Part shown: in pieces, positions 28,416-37,939 of the stretch | Layout: each line of letters opens with the position of its first letter | Position numbering within the stretch: position 1 is the stretch's first letter | Source of the DNA: Botryllus schlosseri | Lineage: Eukaryota | DNA length: 64,000 bases | Assembly (NCBI GenBank): GCA_051294905.1 | Contig: CM119378.1 | Location: 14,818,001-14,882,000, forward strand | Reading direction: 5' to 3' | The notes under the pieces: model-generated | Databases searched by the model: none | What the model saw: only the letters and a program-made list of their open reading frames with translations | Told to the model about the DNA's origin: nothing | Position numbers and translations under genes: made by a program

Positions 28416-28482
28416 GCCTTGTGATGATAACTACTTCGACCTTTATGAATGTCTATGTATATACGTCCGTGTTACTGAAGGA
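28416..28482 (+). ncRNA. C/D-box snoRNA, U18-like guide, copy 3
   Basis: C box GTGATGA 28421, D box CTGA 28475, stem changed compensatorily to CCT/AGG, same guide. Confidence 0.8.
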
Positions 28483-28738
28483 TGGAACCGTGTGTTGAGT
28501 TGTAATGTAAATATCAGTATTATTCTGACACCGATGTTTCTTTTAAGGCGATGATTACCATGTAACAAAAGTGAATCGTTTTGCGCTAATGTCTTTGCCT
28601 GTCAGCTGAAGTGAAGGCTGTATCTCCCATCACCAGGCATCTTGGGTCGGCCACCCTGCTCTACAGTCTCCACACAATGTGCACCTGTTGCCATCGTTAT
28701 TTCAGGTTAGCTTTACATCTTGATATTTGATTTTTAAG

Positions 28739-28806
28739 GGCTCATGATGATAACTACTTCGACCTTTATGAATGTCTTATGTATACTCGTCCGTGTTACT
28801 GAAGCG
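28739..28806 (+). ncRNA. C/D-box snoRNA, U18-like guide, copy 4
   Basis: C box ATGATGA 28744, D box CTGA 28799, stem GCT/AGC, same guide. Confidence 0.8.
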
Positions 28807-29024
28807 TCAAACAGTATGGTTCGGGTATTGTTGTGAAAATTAGATGTATTAATACTGGCGGTTTTTCTGCAGGTGGGGACCCGCTGAATTCTTCTTCTTC
28901 GTGTGCAGAAGCGAGATGAGAGGATACCATACCATGGTTTCGGCTGTCACTGAATGTCGGACAAACCTTGGGAGTAAGATCAGGTTGGTTGATAGCATAC
29001 AGTTTCTGTATATCATTCATTTTT

Positions 29025-29091
29025 TGTCCTTGATGATCTATTCTTGTTCACGAGTTTTCGATGATTACATCAAGAGGCTGTTTCTGAGACA
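29025..29091 (+). ncRNA. C/D-box snoRNA, U95/SNORD95-like
   Basis: C box TTGATGA 29030, D box CTGA 29084, stem TGTC/GACA. Guide AGAGGCTGTTT-CTGA pairs with 28S GAACAGCCTCT and matches the 3' end of human SNORD95 as I recall it. Confidence 0.85.
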
Positions 29092-29285
29092 AGTCATGTT
29101 ATAGTTCCCTCATCACTCTTGTGATCTAAATGATGAAAATCACTGTCGTTTTTAATTCAGGTGTACGGTCTTGAGATATGTATGAACCTTGGCGATGCTG
29201 CGACACAATTTCGCTGTTCAGAATTTTTGCAAGATCTACACAGCTGAGGTTTGTACTTGAGAAGCTAGTTATTATACACATCAGT

Positions 29286-29350
29286 GCAAGTGATGAATTT
29301 AACCGATGGATACTACTGATTATCTCTGACGACAACTATGGTTCTGATGC
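29286..29350 (+). ncRNA. C/D-box snoRNA, U62/SNORD62-like (host-gene copy)
   Basis: C box GTGATGA 29290, D' CTGA 29316, D CTGA 29344, stem GCA/TGC. D' guide CCGATGGATACT would pair with 18S AGUAUCCAUUGG, the site equivalent to human Am590, if this species has that variant. Confidence 0.8.
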
Positions 29351-30919
29351 GTAGTTCGATGTTTCTTCATGTATATCACAAGTGGCGTGAGTTTTTGATT
29401 GTTCGATTTATTTGCAGGTTTATGTAAAGGTCTCCGGAATGCACACTCGGCAGCACTTCATTCAACAGGGATTTCTAGGCCCCATGCTTGTTGCCTGGGG
29501 TGATGGTACTGGGTTGAGCATTTAAATATTTTGCAGTGTTCAAATATATAATGTAAGTGTTAACTGTTGCTGCATGGTGTACTCCCGGGTCTCAGATCAT
29601 CATTTGATCTGCTGAAAACGATTTTGATGGTGTTTTTGTAGTCCTGTCCTGTGTTGGTGAATAAAAGCTGACTCTTCATGTATTCGTGTCCTGTCTGAGA
29701 TAGTATAAAGGACGAAAGGTAGGCCATTGTTTCTTTAGGGAGCCCCGCCCGTCATATATTGAAGGTGAAGTGTTCCTACAGAAGTAATCTACATTCGAAC
29801 TACAGCTAAAATCATCAGGACTACCGTTGCGCTCCAGCTGCCGTGATGATCGATCTTGTGTGCCTGGGTAGGGTCCTAATTGAGAGTGGAAACTGACTTC
29901 GATCCGTGCAGAACGTGTTTTTTTACAATAAAGAAGTAGGGGTTTTCAAAAGTGACCCTTATCGTACCGGCTACTTGATAAAATTGTTACGTTACCTAAT
30001 TAAGCCTACACACCGAATTTGATTCAATTCCAACCAGTGGAAGCGGAGTTGTCAAATTTGGATTATGAATAAAATAGTATCTACGGCAGGGCCGACCAGC
30101 CCGTGGCACGCGAGGTAATTTCCGAAATTTCTAATATCAAAAATGGATTGCACATATTGTGAACTTGCAAGGCGAACCAAAAATTTGATTAGTCTGGCCC
30201 CAACACTTGAGATGTGATGACTAAAATATCAGTTCCGACGCATTGACAGATCCATCGGCCATTCACATATTGGTATTTCTTCGTACACTACAATAAAGCA
30301 GAATAATTTGCGATAGATTTATCAAAGGATAAAAATTTTCTACAAGCTTGGTGCAACATGTTGTCACTCGATTTCTTGTTTTTAATATTGTTGCCCTTTT
30401 GTGAAAATGGAAGAATACCTAATGTATCAGATTGAGTCCAACTATATTCGCGAGTACGAGACAAAGTGTCGTTCAACATAGCCTATGCGACATTGCGTTT
30501 GCGCCCGCAGTAAGACCGTCGACTATGAAACCTAGGCACGAAATGATTGACGCATGTTGGTCGCAGCTTTCGATATCGATATGCCCATGCGCCGAATAGC
30601 CCAGTCTTCGCAAACTGAGCCCAGCGATATACAACAGGCCCGGAATACAGTCAAGTGACAATATTATTGACCTATGAACTTCAAAAAATTTTTGCGCTTC
30701 ACGCGGCTAGTGGCCCGCGCAATGTCAATCAGACATGGGGTAATCGTGATTAGTAATCGTAATCGATTACGACGATTACAGCATTTTCAAGTAATCGTAA
30801 TCGCAATCGATTACATTCGAAAAAAATCCGAAGTAATCGTAATCGACTACTTCCCATATCTAATCGATTTCTCAGTGAAAGAACGATTACTTTTTATTTG
30901 TACAAGGACTATGATATAA

Positions 30920-31607
30920 ACTGAACATTCGTGAACAAGGAAAATATGTTATACCAGGTTCGTGACAGCAATAACACCATCTCATCTGTACCTTTACGTA
31001 CCAATTTATCGCCTTACTACCGTAAGCATCGAATTTTGCGAGTTGATGAACTATATCGCTTCGAAGTATCAAAAGTTGTTCACAAATATTTTTCCAATAG
31101 TCTGCCTCCTGTGTTTGATGACTTTTTCATACCTGCTAAACATGTCCATTCCCATACACGAGATCCTCGTCTAAAGGAAACATCTATACTTACCCCCACC
31201 CAATAGCAATGATCTATCGACTACTCGGGACCTATCATCTGGAATGCATATTACCACCACATATCCGTGAATTGCCTTATAATAGATTCAAAAAAGCCCT
31301 ACTTGATCACATCTTGTCGTTACACTAACACTGTTGCCCTACCTCGCCCAGACATTGCTTCATTGATCATTTGCCACCATTGTTTTTTTTTTTCTATTTT
31401 CCTTTAACTAAACATTTCTTTACAGCCAGACTGTTCAGAGTCAAGTGTACCTGTTTGATGCTGGTGTGATCAGACTAGATGACCTTCACGGTCTTATCGA
31501 TCATTCCTATCTAATACCGAATACTGTGCGTGCACGCATATTTTCTGTACCACCATCACTGCCGTTCGTTATGTATTTTGGTTCGATGAAAATAAAGACT
31601 CTCTCTC
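30920..31607 (+). mobile_element. 5'-truncated LINE (CR1/L2-group) 3' end
   Basis: ORF remnant PYYRKHRILRVDELYRFEVSKVVHKYFSNSLPPVFDDFF..VHSHTR is typical of CR1/L2-clade ORF2 C-termini. It is followed by frameshifted GP.IWN and FKK.L segments and a 3' UTR ending AATAAA..(CT)n. Confidence 0.7.
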
Positions 31608-32515
31608 TTTTCAAACGCCACTGCTCATTATTACGTCAGAGGCAGCCTATTAGCTTTGCGCGTCATTGTGTAAAACGTATCCACAGTAAATAGATATTCG
31701 ATGTACCTACGTCGTCCGTTAGTCTGATTGTAAGAACACCCGCCGTGCTGTCTATCAGGTTATCAACGCGTTCCACACGCCACTATTACCTCGCAGCAGT
31801 ATCATTTATCTCCGCTCTTCCTATAGTTTAAAATAGTAACTTATGTGTTGATGTTTGGTTATGCTTATGCTTAGTTTAGTTAAAGGCAGTTTGACCGTTG
31901 CTGCTTGGCGAGCAGTAGGTACGTACCAGGTACGTACCAGTACGTACGTACACCGGACAAAGATTTGAAATTTGGTACTCGTCAAATAAAACATTGCGGT
32001 TTCCACAACGAAGCAGTAAAAATCAACAGCTGGTGATATATATATTATAAGCGACCCGTTTTGCCATTTGTCGTAACGGCAGCTTGCAGTACAATATTTG
32101 TATTAAGTTGAAGGCAGAATTTTATGTTCGCTTCGTCTTATTCTCATATGACTCTACTTGAAACGGGCGCCTATCGTTAATTCATAATTCTTTATTCAAC
32201 ATTGGGACTTGCCGCCGTGGACATGGGCTTATGTATCATGTTAGCGTGGGTTGTAGCTGGTACGAGGACCAAAACAGCAATTCGTCCCCCAGTCCAAACG
32301 TTGGTCTTTGGGCCCCCGTAGGGTGGTAATCGCAAGTTGAAGACTGAATTTCGTCAATAAATTTAGTAATTGCAATATATTACTACTAATTTTTAATCCT
32401 CTCTCAGCCCGCGATGGTCAGATATACCTGCAGAGTTTATTTGTTTCGGGTAATCATGATGTTTGTCAACTACCACAGACATATTACACCAGGCCGAGTT
32501 CATGCATTTTCGATT

Positions 32516-32706
32516 CTGCCGACTTGTAGCACGGCCGACTTCTAAGCTTTTTGTAAGACATATCGCTTACGTGGATGAGGCGGTGAGGAGGGGCCTAGAT
32601 AAACATCCAACACTTTGGTAGGAATTCCGAAGTCGACCTCGTTCAGACTCGAACCCGCAATCCATTGGTGTTGCAGCCATGGATTATACCACTGCGCTAT
32701 CTCGCC
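32516..32706 (-). mobile_element. tRNA-derived SINE, family B
   Basis: Minus-strand head GGCGAGATAGCGCAGTGG..GGGTTCGAGTC, with body shared with 56808-56960. Confidence 0.75.
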
Positions 32707-32711
32707 ACACA

Positions 32712-32783
32712 ATTACTTACCTATTACTTATTACTCACCTATTACTTACCTACTTACCTATTACTTACCTATTACTTACCTAT
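32712..32783. repeat. Simple repeat (TATTACTTACC)n
   Basis: Visible imperfect tandem array. Confidence 0.85.
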
Positions 32784-34429
32784 GGTTTCTTGTTATAATT
32801 ACTTTAGTGTATGTTCTTAATTCGTGACCTCCGGTTTGTTATATAATCAAAAGATATTGTAGTCAGTAGTGGCTCAAACGTAGTAGACTAAAAGAAAAAC
32901 TTTCGTGAGACGCATAAACAAATTGTCATGTCTTCATATCTGACCGCATGTCTAGCAACTCAAGTTGTAAATAGGGTCAGTGGTACTAGGGTCAGTACTA
33001 GGGTCAGTGGCCACATTAACTACAATAGGACTTGAAAACATTTTCATCATGGTTAAAAAGCATTCATTCAATGCGGCCGTTGAACTTAACAATCAAGTCA
33101 AATAATCCATTGGTTTGCTGGTCAGATCGCGTTGTAAAACGTGTTGTAACACCGCCTGCACTTAATTAAGTCTGGTGGTGAGCAGACTTAAATTTGATTG
33201 CCGATCCAGACGTATTTGAGTCTGAGCATACTTTTTGACGTGAGTTGAGTAACGAAATCGTTGCTGAGTAGAGAAGCGATACTCGACACCAAAGGAATCG
33301 GTCTTCACCATCAATTATAAACTCCAGATTCCAAGCAAAGCAAGTGAAATTTTTGAATATCAATTTTGTTTGTTATAGATTGATTTTTTATTATTTTTGT
33401 TGGATTTTCCAACGTCAAGGGGAGCCGCAAGTTGGCTAGCTGAGCGAGCCACATGCGGCTCTCGGACCCGCGGTTGGCAATCATTGATCTAGAGATGATT
33501 TTAATTTTAATTAGATCTCTCGAAAATACTCTATAACTTATGTTGGCTTACGAAATACTTTTTGAGTACCCTTCGAGCTCGCTCTCTCCCCTATTGGGAA
33601 ATTTGGGGTGCGGCAGTTATTGCCCTGGCAAGAATGCAAATCGTTGGGCGCGATAAATTGACGTCTATGAAAATGGGCAATGGATACATTATGACGTAAC
33701 AAACAAATGACGCATCTTTTTTAAAGGGAGTTTGTTATCTCATTAGGCCTTTTCAGCGCAATCCATATATTGTCTTCCAACATAGCTTCTAAGATGCAAA
33801 ATAAATGTAATCGTGAGTAATCGTGATTACTTTTCCAATGTAATCGTAATCATAATCGACTATACTTCCTGATTTTGCTGTACTCGTAATCGTAATCGTA
33901 ATCGCGTCATTCAGAAGTAATCATAATCGCAATCGATTACATTCATGAAGTAATCACCCCATGTCTGGTACTGATACTGATACGCCTCGTCAGGGATATA
34001 TAGAATTAGAAATCCCTAGACGCGTGTAGGTGTCAAAAGTCTGATGCAAAATAGTTTTATCACTTAAATCCTGTAACTCGCGATCTCAGTTTTAGAGGAA
34101 TTGGGAACCCTATCTTTGTCCGACGTGGACATTGGAACTTGTAGAGCAATTTTCATAGAGTGAGCATGATTGTGGTTACTCGTAATGTATTGGGTGTCAT
34201 TGGGTCGGCGAATTTGGCGATATTATGGCTGGAAAAATTATGGCCAACTTCGCTCCCATGACCAGGAAATTCAAGTTGACGTCCCTGTCCAGTGTCCTTG
34301 CACGCGAGCGCGACCTGAATGCAGATCGGCGATGCGTGCTGAGGTTGTGGTGCGTATATATGATATGGTGAACGCTGAACGTGCGTGCATGCTGTTTGCT
34401 GCTCAAAACTAATTGATATCAAATATTTT

Positions 34430-34570
34430 TGAAAAAAATCGCTAGAATATCGCTAAATATTTTTAAAAAGTCGCTAGATTTATCGCTAGTCGCTAGATCG
34501 ATATTTTTGTCGCTAAACCGAGTAAAAAATCGCTAGATCTAGCGACAAAATCGCTAAATTGGCAACACTG
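34430..34570. mobile_element. Single MITE end with TCGCTA subterminal repeats
   Basis: Repeated ATCGCTAG/TCGCTA units ending in TTGGCAACACTG (reverse complement CAGTGTTGCCAA). Confidence 0.55.
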
Positions 34571-35495
34571 TCTGCGCCAGGGCCGACAGGCTCCAAGGGG
34601 GCGGCAGAATGAGGCTGCACAGTGCAATGTTCACTGTACACAGCCGGCTAAAAATAGCGTAATTGGTAGTCCTATAGCTGGCGACCAGAGAGCTAAAATT
34701 TAATCGAACTAGTCTTAATCGAAAGCACAAATCAAAATGTGAGCATGGCTATCGAACCACTCCGAAATGGCCGTCAAGGCCGATTGTTCCGAACAATCGG
34801 AGCGCTGCAACACAATGACCAATTAACCATGGTAATGGGAATTGTATTAAGCGATTATTCGAAACAATGCCGATTTTCAGACCTTGATATCTATTTCGGG
34901 GTGGTCCCGTTGCCGCATTAATTTCCTTCTCCAGCTGCAGGTCGGCCACTCCTGCCCTAAACAGTCTTATAGCGTTCATCAGTCTACCGAAAAGATTTCG
35001 TGTTGAGGATTTCCATGCCGTCACCCCCGCTCAACTAACCCACGTGTTCATCGTGTGATTTTCGAAAAGAACAATTAATTACGGTATTTCGTCCGTGTCA
35101 TAGTGCGAGCCCAATGAGAAATCCAAGTTGAGTACAATATCCCCATCGTTTGCCCTCCGTTGCACCCGTGTTACTACCGTCGTTGTGAAGGACCATAGCA
35201 TAACTAGTTCGTGACATCAAGCGACTGTAATCAAACGAGACTAAGGCGATTGCTTCACCATTCGTCATTTCCTTGATTGTTTCGCAAAATTGATCCTATT
35301 TATGGGATATAGCAATTGAAACATTGAGATTGGAGATGCGACGTGCAACAAGCATTCATCGGAGTGCGATTCAATTGTGGGAACAATTGTGGATTGGTCG
35401 TCAACATGGTTAGGTCATAATGCAATTCGTTGTCATTTTATAATCTTAACAATGAAGTATTATAGGTAGGTTTGGCGGCAAGACGAAATAGATAG

Positions 35496-35901
35496 GAAGC
35501 GATGCGTGTCGCGTTTTTCGCGCGCCAAATTCCTACATGGAATTCTTTTCTCATACCTCATTTGCGTGGAACTACTCGTGTGGAAGAGTGTTGCAGTTGG
35601 GCCGTGTTGTAGTTCATCGGTAAAGGTCAAGCTCATCGGGCCTCGCCAACTAAGCGTATAGTCAGTAATGCACCGTAGCAGAAGAAGTCAGCAAGTGTTT
35701 CGAGGCTACTCACCAAGCCTGTTTTAGCAGAAAATTGGTTTTGTACCTCTTGGTGCATGTGATCGTCGTGCGCCATTGACTATGTCACGTGGTCTCGTCC
35801 CATAATTCCAAGCTTGACTGGAGAAGCTACGGCTCAGGGAATGATGGCGTGTTAGCATCTATGTATATCTAAAGACATCGTTTGAACGCCTGGATTGTAT
35901 C
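35496..35901 (+). promoter_or_regulatory. Pumilio promoter and non-coding first exon (donor after 35901)
   Basis: GAAGCGATGCGTGTCGC 35496-35512, CCATTGACTATGTCACGTGGTCTC 35773-35796, and GGATTGTATCAG|GTAGGT paralogous to host GGATTGTTTTAG|GTGAGT. Confidence 0.7.
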
Positions 35902-36579
35902 AGGTAGGTGTATTCTCAATCGATAGCAATCATATTTGTGTCTTACATTATCATATACGGCGAAATGATTACTTATAGATAGGCGATAATTATCATTTCC
36001 AAGTCGCGCGACTGCAAAACGCGTTGACTACGATTGAAAATACCTCTGTCGCTTTGGTCGTCTGGTCAGCTGTTGCTGCAATCTAAGTTACGAATATTTT
36101 GACAGGCATTTGTAAATACTGTACAATGCAAAGGCCTGCCAATGTGGCTGGTGGTCAAGGCGGATTGTGGCCAGATGGAGTTCCGACTTATGGACAACTG
36201 CCATTGCAGTCGTTAAATCTGAGAAATACTGCGGTAAGATGGATACTCATACAATATTATGTAGTTAGCCGGTCTTTCTGTGTTAGATTTTGTTTGTTAA
36301 TGGAATTAATGTGTTATTTTGCATATATATATAGTAATTTTCAGTATTCTCATTGTGGTGTTGACAATGTTCCAATCTAATGTATTTATGTAGACAGCAA
36401 GGTTGATTTGCGCAAGGAAGGTGGTTGGTTAGCATTCATAATTTTGTTGAGATATTAACCTGCAATTCTCCCATCTGCAATTCTCCCGTAACTCGCAATT
36501 GATTGCACATAAATCAATATTGAAGATACATGTGTAGCCTTACTGTATATTGAGCCATATCTGGTAAGGACTAAATAAA

Positions 36580-37852
36580 GGCCCTGTGGATATAAAGCTG
36601 TATCAGCTGTATCACCCTGTGGATATAAAGCTGTATCAGCTGTATCACCCTGTGGATATAAAGCTGTATCAGCTGTATTCCGATCTTGGAGGCCGATTTT
36701 ATCATGAATTAGTAAAAATTTTTGCGCTTAACGCTGGCTCACTAAACAGTACAACAATAATTTCGTTGCAAAAGCGAACAAGGTGATGGGGGACGGTTTA
36801 TCATAGGGTTACCATACGTCCTCTTTTAAGAAGATTTGTCCTCTTTTTTGACTTTTTTGAAAGTGTCCTCGGAGGACGCCCTTTTGTCCTCTTTTGAAGA
36901 TTTAGGTCAAATTTAGAGCAAAATGTGAGTGATATGCCGTAAATTAGCACAGAAGTGACGCTCCGGCGGGTATTTCGGAGTGAAAAACGGTGATTTGAGC
37001 TATGAGCGAAAAGTTGACCTTTTTTTTTAATCAACCAATCACAAAGTGGTAAAATGCACCGATTTTTGAGAATTCTTCTCCGGTTTTGCAAGTCTCAAAT
37101 TTCTGAAAAAGCGTCCTCTTTTTAGATTTCCGAAATATAGTAAGCCTAGTTTATCACCCTATAGGAGCCCAAGATTCAAGGTTTTTTGGGGAGCCTGACT
37201 AAGTGCTGTTTCGTTCCTGCCAACGGGTATACACACCCGGAGATGTTTAATTAATTATTATTCGAGGGGTCCTACCTTTTCAAACACACCTCATTCAGCT
37301 CTACCGGTCGGTAGCCTAAATTAGATTACGTGAGCAACTGAGCATAGAGACGTTAAAAAAATCGATAGCAATCTATATGCAATTCCCGATCATATATTGA
37401 CCGACTCAATCATGAAATATAGAAATTTTTCTTTCTTCGCGCATGTAGGTGAGAAGAGCTGACTCACTAAATGTGTGACAGCCTACTATACTATTTCGCG
37501 CATCCCAGACATAGTATAGACCTGATACTAATTGCAGAGTGATACCTGGGTGAATCTCGGTACGGTTTGTCTATGATATGGGAGCAGGGATGATTCTCAA
37601 GTTGAAGTAATTAAAAAAGTAATATTAAAAAAATCAAGAATTGTTTGAACACAAGACACCGATTACATACAGGTAGAGTGATACAGCTGATAGCTGATAC
37701 AGCTTTATATCCACAGGGTGATACAGCTTTATATCGACAGGGTGATACAGCTGATACAGCTTTATATCCACAGGGTGATACAGCTGGTACAGCTTTATAT
37801 TCACAGGGTGATACAGCTGGTACAGCTGATACAGCTTTATATCCACAGGGCC
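36580..37852. mobile_element. Foldback/Mutator-like non-autonomous element with tandem-repeat TIRs
   Basis: Ends GGCCCTGTGGATATAAAGCTG.. in inverted orientation, built from ~33-bp units, with a perfect 9-bp TSD CTAAATAAA (36571-36579, 37853-37861). Confidence 0.85.
36804..37148. mobile_element. hAT MITE nested in the foldback element
   Basis: TIR TAGGGTTACCATA / TATAGTAAGCCTA, with perfect 8-bp TSD GTTTATCA. Confidence 0.9.
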
Positions 37853-37939
37853 CTAAATAAAGCATAAACATGTATGTTTATAAAGTGTTCATTGCAGGGC
37901 GCTGGGACAAAATTATGGAATTTAGAGAGCAGCACCGCA

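Larger units (their letters stand above)
27729..29520 (+). pseudogene. Decayed Pumilio exon remnants forming the host-gene exons
   Basis: 28292 starts CTATGGGCAG like Pum 42029. CACCACAGCATGAGCC occurs in both. 28873-28983 has GCAGAAGCGAGAT..AAGATCAG|GT versus Pum 42441-42570 GCGGAAGCGAGAT..AAGATCAG|GT. 29161-29248 ends GAATTTTTGCAAGATCTACACAGCTGAG versus Pum GAATTTTCACGAGACCAGCACGGCTCGAG. The reading frame is lost. Confidence 0.85.
27000..29680 (+). ncRNA. Spliced non-coding snoRNA host gene derived from a Pumilio duplicate. Exons ~27020-27128, 27464-27618 (tentative), 27729-27837, 27999-28117, 28292-28383, 28548-28705, 28873-28983, 29161-29248, 29418-~29680
   Basis: Regular AG acceptors and GT donors, no ORF across the exons, six introns each holding a C/D snoRNA, and AATAAA at 29660-29665. 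Exon ends align to Pumilio exons (see findings). TSS and 3' end are approximate. Confidence 0.85.
30730..33967. mobile_element. GTAATC-repeat MITE ends flanking nested insertions
   Basis: Inverted termini CAGACATGGGGT at 30730 and 33956-33967, with GTAATCG arrays inside both ends. No TSD found. Confidence 0.5.

Noticed and set aside
27871-28806. Regularly spaced repeats resembling a CRISPR array
   Set aside because: The context is eukaryotic, spacing is ~270-330 bp, and each repeat is an intronic C/D snoRNA between splice sites
32630-32706. tRNA gene on the minus strand (also tRNA-like heads at 6013 and 26047)
   Set aside because: No proper acceptor or anticodon stems, and each continues into a body shared with another copy, so these are SINE heads
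34749-35024. Minus-strand ORF faintly like a Tc1 transposase C-terminus
   Set aside because: The similarity is a few residues only, with no DDE motif or TIRs
37360-37373. 14-mer AATCGATAGCAATC shared with Pumilio intron 1 at 35916, as possible Pack-MULE capture
   Set aside because: The match does not extend and is compatible with chance
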